From Tubulanus polymorphus (taxonomy: Eukaryota > Animalia > Nemertea): a stretch of DNA of 64,000 bases. Below are positions 25,781 to 39,155 of the stretch, one piece after another; position 1 is the stretch's first letter; every line of letters starts with the position of its first letter. The translations under genes were made by a program, and so were the position numbers. The notes under the pieces are model-generated. The model did no database searches. It saw only the letters and a list, made by a program, of their open reading frames with translations, and was not told the DNA's origin. The stretch lies in NCBI RefSeq assembly GCF_964204645.1, contig NC_134034.1:8010962-8074961 (forward strand). The letters run 5' to 3'.

Positions 25781-28700
25781 TCCGTCGTTAGGAAATTTTT
25801 CTGGTGATCCGTTCGGAAATAAGAATGAGTTAGCCTTCCAGTAGTGGCAAGCCGAAGTTCGTGCTTTGCAACGCGATCCCGCTTATTCCGAACCCCAAAT
25901 TTTAATGTCTATGCGGAGATCTCTAAGAGGATCGGCTGTCAGTTTATTGTTTAATGCTGGAGAAGAAGCCAGTATCAATACCATTTTAGATAAAATGACC
26001 TTGGTGTTTGGCGAGGTTCACTCATTAGAAGAGAGCCTTCAGCTGTTTTATGTGTCACAACAAAGGTCAGACGAATCGGTGAGCCAATGGTCTTGTCGGT
26101 TAGACGATTTGATGTTCACAATACGTAGGTTACCTGGTGGAGCGAATTGTATTAGTAACGAGACTTTGCGATCCCAATTCTGGAGGGGACTGAAAGACCC
26201 CATGGTCAAGATGGGTACTCATTACCTTTACCAGGTACAAGCTTCTTATTTCGAAATAGTAACCGAATCGCGGTAGATCGAAAGAGAGCAAGAGTGCTGC
26301 AGGTCGGGGAATGTAGAAAAAAAACTTCAGCTGCTGCATCTCAGGTAGCTGTGGATCCAGCTGCCACGAGTAACAAATCGTATGGTGCTAAGGTACAGGG
26401 TGATCCCACGGCGTCTAGACCTCCATTAGAGGAAACTGTGAATAAGCTTGCTGCTGAGGTTGCAGCTTTAGGTCGTAGATTCAATCAGTTCGCCGAGAGA
26501 ATCATCAGTATAGGAACTGGGTTCCACGTCCCGTGGCCCCAGTGACGCAGTTATTCCGACAAAATTCTTTCAGACCGCGACCAGTAAGACCTTTTCAGGG
26601 AATATGCCATACTTGCGGTGGCTACGGGCACGTAAGGCGAGTATGCCCTAGCGAGCATAACGTGCAAGCCTCCGCTGATAACAAAGACGGGTCTGAAGCC
26701 CAGCCTAAAGGTCGACAAACCGTTAATTCGACCGACCCAAAAGTGAAGGCACACATGCCATAGGGCAGTCATGTGTTGCCAAAATGAATTCAGGCCCTAA
26801 TCTCGAGATGTCTTGTCGTGTGGTTGGCCCAGCGAAAGTTGTTCAGATTAAGTGTGACCAAGTTCCCTGTCAGGCACTAATCGACAGTGGTTCTCAGGTC
26901 ATGACGGTCTCGCGGAAATTTGTAGACGTTTATTTACCGGAACACAGGGTGTATCCATTTACCGATTTTGTCGAAATTACGACAGTTGATGGGTCAAAAT
27001 TACCTTACGGAGGTTATGTCATGGTGACCCCTCAGTGTAACGATTTTGAAATAGAGGCGCCAATTTTGGTTGTGGAATCGACAGAATTCCATAACCGTGT
27101 CCCGATACTGATCGGCACGAATGTCTTGAATCGGGTGGATGACTTTAGCAAGTTGCCTCATCAATGGACTCTCGCTCATAAGTTCAAAGATGATGAACCT
27201 CTTGACATGGTTAGGTCAACCAGGCCCACATTGATCCCTGGTGGGACTGAAACAACCGTCCATGGACTTGTTCGGCGCAAGGGTTTGTTGCCGAATAGTT
27301 TGGTGATGGCGACTTCTTCGGGAAATCAATTGTCATCAGGCCTTCTAGTTATTCCTTCGGCCCAGGAAATAGGTCAAGCCTCGACCGATCGGATATCGGT
27401 TCGAATTCGTAACACATCCCGGAAAGATTTGACAATTCCAGCAAGGGCCGCAATTTGTTCATTGTCGTCTGTCGATTTGGTAGCTGGACGGAGGCTCGTC
27501 GATCTTTCGGATGTGAAGGATCAGAATGAATTAGTTGTAAGTAGTGAGAGTGATAAAATTATAGTGATGAAGCCGACGTAGATACGTGCGATGAATCCGA
27601 TGCTAGGGGTCGTGATCAGGTTGATGTAAATAGTCAGGATGGGGCTTCAGATAATGTAAATAGTCAGGATAAGGAAATAAATTATCAAGAGTTTCTTGGT
27701 ATGTTTAATCTTGAAAAAGTAATCTCTGAGGCAATGGATAAACTGAAAAATCTGTTGTGGTCTTGGCGATCAATATTCGCTACGTCTGATTTGGATATGG
27801 GCAGGACCCATTTAATTCAGCATCATATCAACTTAACTGATGAAACGCGCCGATTCATCAACGTTATAGACGTATTCCCCCTGCGATGGTCGACGAAGTT
27901 CGGGAACACATCAAAATGATGCTTGAAGCAGGGGTGGCAAAACCGTCTTCTAGTGCATTTGCTTCTCCCGTGGTTCTTGTTAGAAAGAAATCCGGCGAGT
28001 TACGTTTCTGTATAGAATACCGGGAGATAAACAAGCGTACAATCCCTGATCAGTATTGTTTGCCCCGAATCGATGATCAATTAAATGCATTAGCCGGATC
28101 GCGGTATTTCTCTTAGTTGGATTTGAAAAGCGGCTACTGGCAGGTGGCCATGGCACCCGAACACCCGGGCCGTTCAGCCTTTACAGTGGGCCCAGGCTTC
28201 GGCTTCTACGAATGTGAAGTGATGCCGTTTGGTTTGACGGGGGCCCCTGCTACCTTTCAAAGACTCATGGAGAATTGTCTAGGCGACCTGAACTTGAAAG
28301 AATGTTTAGTTTATATAGACGACATAATTGTCTTCTCTGATTCTATTGACCAACATATTTTCCGCCTTACCGATGTGTTTCAGAAATTGGAAGAGGCCGG
28401 ATTGAAGTTAAAACCTTCGAAGTGTGCCTTCTTCCAACTCAAAATTTTGTATCTTGTCCACATCGTTTCTGAAGCTGGTATCGAGCCAGATCCCAAGAAA
28501 ACCGAAGCGATTTTAGGTTGGAAGGCACCGTCGACGGTTAGTGAAGTACGTAGCTTCATGGGATTCGTCTCGTATTACAGGCGGTTCATTAAAAATTTCG
28601 CAAAAATTGCGAAGCCTCTTAACGACCTATTGAAGGGTATTCAAAAGGGAAAGCTGAGTTAAGCGAACGAAAATGTAGAATGGGAAGACTCAGAACAGCG

Positions 28701-31700
28701 GCCGTTCGACGAGTTAAAGAAAGCTTTATCAGAACCCCCAGTTCTCGCGTATACAGATTATGAACTCCCGTTTGAACTGCACACCAATGCGTCATTAAAT
28801 GGTCTTGGTGCTGGTTTGTATCAGACGCAGCAGGGGAAACTCAGACCAGTTGCTTATGCCAGCAGGGGTTTGAAACTATCTGAGTGGAATTACCCAACAC
28901 ACAAGTTGGAATTTCTAGCGTTGAAATGGGCCGTGTCGGAAGTTTTTTATGACTATCTTTATGGTCATGATTGTACGGTAAAAACGGACAGTAATCCTCT
29001 TACCTATGTACTTTCATCGGCAAAGTTGGATGCTGCCGGTCATCGTTGGCTATAGAGTCTAGCCATCTGCTATTTGTCGTTAGAGTATCTATCAGGCAAG
29101 AGTAATGTTGATGCCGACGCGCTCAGTCGTCAGGTACATGTAGATTCTAGCATAGTTAGTGCGATGTGTTGTGCTGGCTTGTCGGAGTCAGTGCTGTCGC
29201 ATGCTGATGATTGCGATGACGTCATCTTTCGTTCGTTGGGTTTGGTTCGTTCGACGGCATCGTTCGTTGTTCGTTGGTTTTCGTTTGCTTTCCACACAGG
29301 AATCCGATCCTAGTGTTTCTCGGATTATTGAGCAAATTCGGCAATTTAAGAGGTACCGACCCTCATCCCGTGCTGACCGCAATTGGCAGAAAGATGCAGA
29401 CAAGTTTTGTTAACAAGACGGTCTTTTATGCCATCGTATGTATGACAATGGTCATGAGAAAATCCGCGTGGTAATTCCAGAGTCAGAAAAATCACACGTG
29501 TTGTGGTTAATAGATGACCAAATGGGTCATCCCAGCCGTGAAAAAACTTTAGCTCTGGTACGAAGTCGATTCTTTTGGCCATGGATGCACTCGGAGATAG
29601 ATCTCTATCTCAAATCTTGCACTCGTTGCGTTACTCATAAAGCTTCGACGCCGAAACAACAGGCCGAATTAGTGCCGATCGTTACGTCTGAGCCGTTGGA
29701 GGTAGTCTGCATTGATTACCTCACTTTAGATAAAAGTAAGGGCGGGTACGAAAATGTGTTGGTGATAACTGATCATTTCACAAAATATGCTTTAGCTATC
29801 CTTACAAGAAATCAATCGGCCAGAACAACCGCCCGTGTCCTCTTTGAACAGTTAATCACGAGGTTTGGTGTACCGAAGCGCATACACTTCGATCAAGGTG
29901 CCAACCTCGAAAGTCAGTTAATTAAAGAGTTGTGTAGTATATTCGGCATTGAAAAATCACGCACCACTCCGTACCACCCTCCCTCTGATTCAGCGTTTGG
30001 GTTTACTAGAACCCGCCAAAAAAATATCGTGGAAAGACCACATTTCGTCGGTTGTATTTCAATATAATTGTACTCCCCACGATACTACAGGATTTCCACC
30101 GTATCAATTACTGTTCGGACGGGAGCCTTTGTTGCCAGTTGATGAAGTTTAACAGCTAGATAAACCTCAAAAACATTTTCTGCCACGCTTCAGGAAAAAT
30201 TTAATTCCTTGTGGGCTCAGGCTAGAGAGAATTTGGTTACTTTAGCGGGGAAATTTGCCCGATATTACAATTCGAAAGTTCGTGGTGTGTCAGTGGCAGT
30301 TGGCGACATGGTTTTAATGAGGAACGTTTGGGTGAAAGGAAGGAATAAATTAGGCGACCGGTGGGAAGAAAATCCCTATCTTGTGGTTGGTCAGCCTAGT
30401 CCTGGAATACCAGTTTACGTGGTGGAGAATACTATAACCAACAAACGTAAAACCTTGCATAGGAATCTATTGTTGGTCTTGTCAGTACCTCTGCGAATGC
30501 CCAAGGCGTCTCTTAAAGAGAAAGCGGTTGTGGCGAAACTTATTCCACGCTTGGATTTTGAGGTAGTCGGAATCGAGTCGGTTGACGAAACTGAGTCGTT
30601 AGATGATTTTGTAATCATAGAGAAAAGGGTCATGTAGTCGACGAATTAGATGGTGCTGCACCGGAGAGGGTGATGGTGGAGTCGGATCGCCAATCTGGGG
30701 ATTTGATTGATAACACCAGAGCTGACAGTGCGGTATATTCTACTACTCAAATTGTGAGTAACGCTTCTAGTCAACCTCCGTTAACTATTGAGCAGTCGAA
30801 CCCTGTCACGGAGTTGTCTGCAAGTCACACTCCAGTAGCGTTTCATTCTGAAACAGAGGATGGAGTAGAACGTAGGAATAATTCTGAAAGTGGGATGGCG
30901 GGGAACAATGAAAATGACAATGAAATCAGGTCTCCTCGACCTCAGCGAGTACGCAAATTGCCTACTAGATTTGATGATTATGTGGTGGGTCAAACACAGT
31001 TAAACCCATCATGTACAAAGAAAATTGATATTCTCTTTGCTGCAGGAAAAGATCCTGCCATCAGTTCTAATGAAGCTATTATGGCGGCTATTTTGAAATT
31101 GTGTAACTGTAATGGGACGTGATTGACTAGTGAAATGAAATCGAACGTAGTAAGATTGGCGTAGCAATATGGTCTATAGATACAAGTTATGCGTCAAATT
31201 TTTATTCTCTGGTTGGTTTAATAGTATAAATTATAAGTACAAATATAACTATAGTATGAGTAAACTTTTAAAAGGATAGCACATAATCAAAATAAAAAAT
31301 CTTAAAAAAGATATCTTTTAAATTGATAGCGTATTTTATTCGAAATATATATATTTGATATCTATCTTTCTATCTTCCTGATATCTGGGACGATATTCTT
31401 CCTGCCAAGAGGTGGATGTAACCGGGTGAACTTGTATGGAAAATTGTTCTGTACAGTGCTGTCATCCTTTTTCTAAGTAGGTGGCGTTCTGGCTTTTCGC
31501 GGCAATTATTCATTGTTCGTTGTCCTTACCGACAACACCTATGTGTGTAATAAACTGATATATTGTTTATTCCTGTTGCCGCAGGTAAAATATTGTTCAA
31601 ATCCATAAATTTATAAGTATCTTATATAATACAAATTGTAAATTCCGGGAGTAATCGAATTCATGTAGTGTCAGTTATAGGTGAGTTAGGTGAAGGTTCT

Positions 31701-31985
31701 GTGAAAAGTTTCATTCCGATCAATATGAAGTAATGTTAAATTGTTTATATAAGATATGTTGTATAGGAATGATTCATTGTTTGTTGTCCTTACCGACAAC
31801 ACCTATGTGTGTAATAAACTGATATATTGTTTATTCCTGTTGCCGCAGGTTTGTCGATCGTTGTCTTGGCGGTTGTTGGTCTCGGACCGTGAGGAGTCGG
31901 CGAAATACAACTGTGGAAGTGGATCTCCAGAACCCCGAAATCGATCGGTCGCTGTCATTCGATAGAAGAAATATAGCCGGTCACA
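25781..31985 (+). mobile_element. Gypsy/Ty3 LTR retrotransposon, 5'-truncated, decayed
   Basis: PNMA-like gag with CHTCGGYGHVRRVC, protease LIDSGSQV, RT DLKSGYWQV, MPFGL and YIDD, RNase H PVAYASR, integrase GHP...CTRC, CIDY and HFDQG; multiple stops and frameshifts. Confidence 0.93.
31417..31985 (+). repeat. 3' LTR of the Gypsy element
   Basis: Purine-rich tract AAGAGGTGGA followed by TGTAACCGG...CCGGTCACA; internal ~79-bp direct repeat at 31508-31586 and 31772-31850. Confidence 0.8.
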
Positions 31986-32119
31986 TATTACATACATTTC
32001 ATAGACATTTTTCCTTTTTTATACTATACACTATAATGAAACCTAAAATACTAAAATCAGAACTCAAAACATAAGCGCAACTCGAGGATTTAATACTGCA
32101 CCTTTAATTATTACTCTCC

Positions 32120-33296
32120 TCCCCTTTTCTAAATCGGACTGACCCAGTACGATTAAGTAATACCTACAATCTAAAAACCAAGTGTAAAAAAACAGTTATT
32201 CGCATTCACGCGTTATTCGCATTATTTCAATAGAGCTGATAGGAGCGTGGAATGTTCACATATGCTGGGATCCTTGCTGGCAAGTAATAAGGTATCTTTT
32301 TTTGTTGCCACGAAGGACCAGCAGATATCGCACCAACTTGATAATCCTTTAGATAGACGGGCAGGCGTTTTATTCTCTGAGGTCGAATTACCGACCGCGC
32401 TTGCTCCTCGGAGTCAGAACGTTCATCCTGAACAATTCCTCGTTAACAATAGCCTCACCTTCTCCTAAGTCAGAACCATTATTCAACGGTACAGTGTTAA
32501 CATTTTTCCCGTTCACAACAGCCTCACTGGGAACTGTCACCGGACGAGGTACAGACGTTACTTGGGGTGTGTCTACGGACAAATCTTGAGGCGTTACAGA
32601 GAATTCTTTATTCTCAGAATCTGCTCTCGCCTCTTTGAACGACTCCACCAAGAGAAAACCATCGATTTCGTCTTCGTCTACATTCTCAGAGTGAGACCCT
32701 TATTGGTCATTCTTTGTTTTTATCCCTTGAAATACAGGTTTATTTCGGGAAGTATTATACGAGCGGAGTCGTTAGCCGGTTTTCGTAACGGAACAGACAA
32801 GCTCAAAAGCAGATTTCTATAGAGTGTTCTCCGTTTGCCTGTAACCGTATCTTCGACTACATATACGGGAATACCAGCGTTAGTTTGTGACACAACAAGA
32901 TGAGGATTCTCCCCCAGCGATCTCCTAATTTGTTTCTACCCTAACACATCTCACTAATACTATGTCCCCTTCTGATATTGAAACACTGCGAACCTTTGAA
33001 TTGTAATTTCGTGCGAATGCTTTAACGGATTTTTGTAATTTCACCTTAGCTTGAGCCCATAGCAGATTAAACTCCTCTTGGAGGGTAGCAGTATATTGCT
33101 TTTGTGGTTGGCGTAGTTGGAATACCTCGTCAACTGGCAAAATAGGTTCTCGACCGAACATAAGGTGGTAAGGTGAAAATCCTGTAGTATCGTGTGGTGT
33201 GCAGTTGTATTGAAATACAACTGACGATATATGGTCTTTCGACGCGATTTTTGCACTGGTTCTAATAGGCCTAACCGCTGGATCAAAGTAGAATTA
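32120..33296 (-). mobile_element. Second, related Gypsy element: integrase C-terminal part and 3' region
   Basis: STLIQRLGLLEP, FGREPILPVDEV and GDIVLVR are homologous to 29949-30637; PPT-like AAAAGGGGAGGAGAG on the minus strand near 32114-32128. Confidence 0.8.
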
Positions 33297-33829
33297 TCAT
33301 TATTATTATCTATTTTCTGATAGAATTGCAAAAAGTTATAATGTATTGCTACATAGATGGAACAATAATGATATTTCTAACATAAGATGTTGTAATGATA
33401 CAGCAGTGAAAGGCTAGAAAGGCAAAGCTTGTGGTATAACCCACCCTCGGATTCATGCATAACTCTCACACACAATCACCATCTTACACACACCATAGCA
33501 AGCATAACACAGTACTAAGGTTTTCCATGCAAGTTGAAAACAAAAAGAGACAAATAAGACTCTGAATGTATCTATATATGTGTTTGACAATATTACTTAC
33601 TTTTAGATCAATATTTGGACAATAATTGTTTTTTGTAAGACAATTTAAATGCAGATAATGTGCTAAGGGATTTAAGATTTTTACTAAAACTATTCCACAA
33701 CTTGGGTCCCTTTGATTTGAGAGAAAACATTCCAATATCAAGTCTAGAGTAAGGGGTGTGTAGGTCATATCGCTGCCGGGTGTTATACTGATGAATAGCC
33801 GAATTATTAGTAAATAAGTTGTCAAAAGA

Positions 33830-34865
33830 TTTTGGAAGAGCATTTTTTGTTATATAGGTACATGAGTTCGCCGATTTGGAAATTGGTGATGTCTTTTAAC
33901 TTTAGTATCTTATTTTCTCGAAAAAGGGGAGAAGTGTTTTCTAGATAATCACTCTTGGTAAGAGCCCTAATGGCCTTTTTCTACAGTAACGATAGACTAT
34001 TAAGATTTGTAGGGTAATTCCCCATCCACGTTACAATATTGTAAATAAGGAAAAACCATTGAGTAATACAATTTAATCAATACATGTTTTGGCAAAAAGA
34101 ATGATAATCTGCGGATGATACCAACACTTTTGGCAATTTTTTTGGCAATTGATTGTATATGGGCTTTCCAGTTTAGATCCTCATCAACCTGAACCCCCAA
34201 TTTGGACGATTTTACTTGTAGGATTTCGCTATTATCAATAAATATTCTAAAATTAGGTCTTTTTCAAGCCCTACTAAAGACTATATAATGCGTCTTTGGT
34301 AGGTTTAGTGATAATCTATTACATACAAAGAAATCTGAGAGAATCTGGGTAATCTTTCATTGTTAACAATCACCTGCAATAGAATTGGATTAATATGGCT
34401 AAAAAGTATTGGTATCATCTGCAAACATTAAATACTGAAAATTTTCAAATGCATTTACACAGTCATTGATGTACAAAATAAAAAGCAGATGACCCAAAAT
34501 TGATCCTTGAGGTATCCCACGTGTAATATATTTGAAATTACATTGTAGTGGTCCATTAAGCTAACAGTACGGTTATATACTAATTTTTCTAAAATCTTTG
34601 CAAATGAGGGTAATACAGAAATTGAACGATAATTGGAAAATATTTCATTGTCACCACTTTTAAATATTGCTGATATCAACGCTTTTTTAAGAGCAACTGG
34701 TACTTTACCCGAGGAAAAACTAACGTTAAATATATAGGCTAAGGGCTTCGAGATAATATCAATTACAGATTTAACCAGTTTAAAACTTATTTCATCAACA
34801 GCGCAACTGCCCTTAGGTTTGAAGATTTTTACAATATTTTCTATTTCTTCTGCAATGACAGGTGC
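33830..34865 (-). pseudogene. LINE ORF2 RT and C-terminal remnant
   Basis: IFKSGDNEIFSNYRSISVLPSFAKILEKLV, FADDT, GVQVDEDLNWKAHI, KLYYSMVFPYLQYC. Confidence 0.85.
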
Positions 34866-35851
34866 TAGAAATAGCGGTTCCTGAACTTCGCTGAAAAAGC
34901 TGAATCACTGAAACGCTGAAACGCTGAAATAAAAACGCTGAAATTTCAGGGAATTTCTGAAAAACGCCGAAATTTCAGGGAATTCCCGAAAAACGCTGAA
35001 ATCGTGCTAGGTACCAACAATACACGTTTTGAAATATTTTCCGAGCCGGTAGTAATAGGGAATATGTTGTTTCAGGCCAAAGGTCGAACGGTCGAGTTCA
35101 TTAAAAACAAAACATTAAAAGTAATTTAAAACTATAATATATTTTCATAACTGTGTGCATTTTATATTAAAACTAAATATTTATTCTAAGATATCAATAA
35201 TTTAAAAAGCATATTGTATTAAATCAATTGGTCGCTCCACTTCGCTACCGCTCCGCTCCGCGACCAATTGATTTATTTACAATACGCACATTCATATAAT
35301 CAAATATATTCAAATAATAATAATAATTCTATTATTCAACTGAAATACACACGGTTATGGAAATATATTATAGTTTTAAATTACTTTTAATATTTGTTAT
35401 TAATGAACTCGACCATTCAACCTTTAACCTGAAACAACATATTCCCTATTACTCTTAAAACATTCATATATATGGATAAAATATATATGAATAACATATA
35501 AATTGATAGATTATTCAATATAAAAGTGTGAGCAAAGTGTTAGTAAAAAAGTAACGAGTAATTAACGAGCTCTTATAAATAGATATATAGATATATTTTA
35601 AACATATTTCAATATTTATATTTGGTATGAGTTAGATTTTTAAACATTAAAAGTGTTAGTAAAGTGTGATTAAAATAATTAATATATAAATCATTAAATA
35701 TTTATATTTATATGCGTTAAATTCTTATTTTCAATATAAAAAGTAACGAGTAATTAACGAGTGAAATAATTCATATTTAAAACAGTGAATATTTATATTT
35801 ATATGCGTTAAATTCTTATTTTATGTTTAAAAGTAACGAGTAATTAACGAG

Positions 35852-36373
35852 TTGATGAAAATATCAATTTTAATAACAAAATTACTTATAAATATGAATG
35901 AACAGATACTACATTTCAAAGATATTGATTTAAATGAATTAGAAAAATATTTTACAATTAAAAATTTCATTCCTATTAAAGATTTGATTAAAACTGCGCG
36001 TCTTCGTTTTCAAGTGAAAAATATTACTGAATTAGTGTTTAAAAATCATTATCTAATGATAGAGTTATCGAATGATAAAGATAAAATCTTATTCAATACA
36101 ATAATTCCAAAATTCACAACATTTGATGGAATAGATAAACATCTAATAATTACAGATGAAATGCAATCACTTTTTAATGATGAAAGTACATTATTAAATC
36201 ATAAAAAATTATTTTTACACTTACGTTATTGCCCATTCAGAGAATGCTATGTTATGTTTTTCAGATTACAAGAAAAGAGATTCATCCCTGACATTCCAAA
36301 TGCGCAAATAACCAATAGCGCGAATAGAAATCAAAAAGATTTAAATAGAAAAACAATAAGTTACTTTATCTAA
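35852..36373 (+). CDS. Hypothetical protein of the mini-element
   Basis: 173-codon open frame in very AT-rich DNA; in-frame ATG near 35894 preceded by TATAAAT. Confidence 0.5.
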   Translation: MMKISILITKLLINMNEQILHFKDIDLNELEKYFTIKNFIPIKDLIKTARLRFQVKNITELVFKNHYLMIELSNDKDKILFNTIIPKFTTFDGIDKHLIITDEMQSLFNDESTLLNHKKLFLHLRYCPFRECYVMFFRLQEKRFIPDIPNAQITNSANRNQKDLNRKTISYFI

Positions 36374-36856
36374 TCCTAACTTATTTAACTTATTGTTTTT
36401 TTTATTTAAATCTTTTTGACTTCTATTCGCGCTATTGGTTAACAAGAATTGACTAGAATTCAAATAGATTTAACAAGAAATTCAATAACTTTAACTGTTA
36501 GTATCACTCTTGTATTATTTCATTGTTTCTCTTATTGAATAAGCCAACTAACTAATATCACTCTTGTATTATCCTAGTCAAATGTAAAGAATTTACAATA
36601 TCATACTTGAATGGATTAAAACATAAATTACTTCTGTTACTTCATTTTCAGAAATAAAGCATAATATGTATTTAATACCATTAATACGTATTTAATACCA
36701 TTAATACGTATTTGATACGTATTTAATACATGGTATTAGGGTATCTAATAGGGTATCTAATACATTGATACCTCAACCCCCCTTTTTATTAACTTTTATT
36801 TTCATACATTTCAACTAATATATTTTATATTTTCAGCTAATCTAACAGTTGATTTC

Positions 36857-37045
36857 TTATTTTGAATCATATAATTTTTCATCAAGTTCATGAATATATT
36901 TATGAGTTTTTAAACTCTTTAAATTTTTATATCTTTTATTGCATATTTCACAGCATTTAATATTATTCAATCTATCTGAAATATAATTTATATTTTCTAT
37001 TAATTCAGTGTATCTAATTTTACAGCAATCATAGAATTCTAACAA
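36857..37045 (-). CDS. Small C2H2 zinc-finger protein or fragment
   Basis: CEICNKRYKNLKSLKTHKYIH. Confidence 0.5.
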   Translation of the reverse strand: MLEFYDCCKIRYTELIENINYISDRLNNIKCCEICNKRYKNLKSLKTHKYIHELDEKLYDSK

Positions 37046-37225
37046 CTGTTTTATACTATAAATTGAAAAATAAGTAATAGGGAAAAATATTCCCTATTAC
37101 TGCCGGTGTCCGCTGCTGAGTCCTGAACCGTGTTTTAGTCTCTACCTTCGGTTACAGAGACATGCATGGACAGTATGTGTGGAGTATACTTCTAGAGGGC
37201 CACTTGTTGGACAAATTAATTCGTA

Positions 37226-37960
37226 TGGAATACCTCAAGGGCCATACGACTTACGAGTTACGTTTTACGACTTACGAGTTACGTTTTACGAGTTACGATT
37301 TACGAGTTAAGTGTTGGAGTTTCGGTTCGCAAGAGTTCAAGGACAGTGGCCACGTGGTAGGCATTTCACTGTGCGGGTGTATTATTAGATGAATAACTGT
37401 AACGATGATGGATGGCTGTATGCAGCCCAGTGTTTTCAATAAATAAATAAATTTTTTTTTCTAAATTGATGAATCTTGTTCTAATTTTTAAAATCATTTC
37501 CAGCTAAGATCTAATGAAATATCGTTTATTAAAATCATCGTGCACGTAACGGGGCAGTCATCAGTCAGTGTGAAATGTATTTTCAGCATTTAATAGATTT
37601 TGAGAAGGTTCGCACAGCAGATGGCCAACGCGCAGATTTTCTGCCCTGTAATAGACCACTGCAGTCGAGATTGATTCACTATGTACAATAAATTACTCTT
37701 ATTATGCTGTTTGAAATGACAATTCGACTTCATTTTGAAACCCATTCTTTGAATTACGCGCTTCGTATATCCGAAGCCAATTAGTGAAAAACGTGTAATT
37801 CGTAAAACGTAAGTCGTAAAACGTAAGTCGTAAATCGTAAGTCGTAAATCGTAACGTATTGTAGGAAATGAATAAGTAACTCGTAAAACGTAAATCGTAA
37901 CTCGTAAAACGTAACTCGTAAAACGTAACTCGTAAGTCGTATGGCCCTTGAGGTATTCCA
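37226..37960. mobile_element. Foldback-like MITE with 7-bp subrepeats
   Basis: Perfect TIR TGGAATACCTCAAGGGCCATACGACTTACGAG, TA flanks, inverted arrays of TTACG(AG/TT/AC/AT). Confidence 0.75.
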
Positions 37961-38983
37961 TAAATTCGCTTGAAATCCGGATTTTTAATGCATACAGGCA
38001 GCATAATGAGGAAAACCTATTCACAAACCGTGCAAGCCAACTTAAACACTATGCTCAATATTCCCTGCAAGACGCAAAATATCTTATTTGAACGTTCATG
38101 TATAAAACATGGAGCAACTTTTCTTTTGTCAACACGTTGATGGGCGACGGACTATGGTATTCTCTGAAGGAGGTAAATTAAATTTGACAGCTAGTTATAT
38201 AAATGATGCAGCTTTTGGACAAAAGGGATCTAACTAAATTTCTTTTTAATGCACTGACACTGTGGAATGGAATGGATTGACCCCAATGGCATGCAGTAGG
38301 CCCCTACGTATGGGTCATACTGATTAGCGTCAACCAATTAATCTAAATCGGGCGAACCATTCAACAACTGTGAATAATTTATTTGCTGTGGCGTGATGAT
38401 AATTAGTTTTTTTTTAAAGAAATGACATACCAACTGTTAGGAAAATGTACCGATTCTTATTTTTAGACTACTACTGAATCTATAAAAGGAGGAGTCATAG
38501 ACAAAGTTCATTTGCTTAGCTGGAGACACTTCTTGTCAAGTACATCATCTCAAGTACTGGGTGTTTTGTAAGTTTAATTTCAGTATTTATTTATTAAGTG
38601 CTGTTCCATCGGACCGCAGTGCTTTCAAACTAGGCCCACCCCATAGGCTATGTAGTCCAGGGTGTATTAGCCACTATTCTTTTATATCCTACTAAAATGA
38701 GCGCACCTTTTTCTATTTTTAGATTCAGGCTTAGAATGTGCAAATTCTTTGAGATACTGAGAAATCAGATGGCACCAGTAAACTTCAACTCCGAAATTTG
38801 CAGCAGGATAGCTGAACGACACAATTTTTAAAAATAAAATGGCTATTCGAATGCTATTTCAATAATAACTTGATTCAACCAGAGAGAAATAAGTCAATTG
38901 TGGATGTACAGTACACGCACTTTTCTTCCCTGTTTCCTGGTACCTAATTTTTAGTCTTAAGCTTAGCGATATTCTAAGGTATG

Positions 38984-39155
38984 AGTAATTGTAAGAGTGG
39001 GGTTTCAGATCAGAGGTCGGGAGGTCGAGACACCACTCATCACCACAAGTAATTTTTTTTCCTTATAAATGGGGGAGAATGAACACCAACCAGAAAATAA
39101 TAATGTTAATGAAAATCAATATCATTGTCCATATTGTAAAAAATACATCGATAAA
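38984..39155 (+). repeat. Maverick left TIR (extends into the polB 5' end)
   Basis: Reverse complement of about 56562-56727. Confidence 0.9.
39049..39071 (+). promoter_or_regulatory. Representative copy of the element-wide TAATTTTTTT-N(4-8)-TAAATG gene-start motif
   Basis: GTAATTTTTTTTCCTTATAAATG; related copies at nearly all other gene starts in the element. Confidence 0.75.

Larger units (their letters stand above)
35051..37101. mobile_element. 2-kb non-autonomous element with Maverick-type ends
   Basis: 6-bp TSD GCCGGT (35045-35050 and 37102-37107); termini AGTAATAGGGAATAT...ATATTCCCTATTACT; removing it restores the host TIR. Confidence 0.85.

Noticed and set aside
29970-30000. Gypsy-1 has a small deletion at the same integrase position where Gypsy-2 is interrupted by the LINE
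   Set aside because: A single coincidence with no mechanism or TSD remnant to support a link
37162-38024. ORFs rich in YELRFT/YDLR repeats
   Set aside because: They are translations of the 7-bp subrepeats of a foldback MITE
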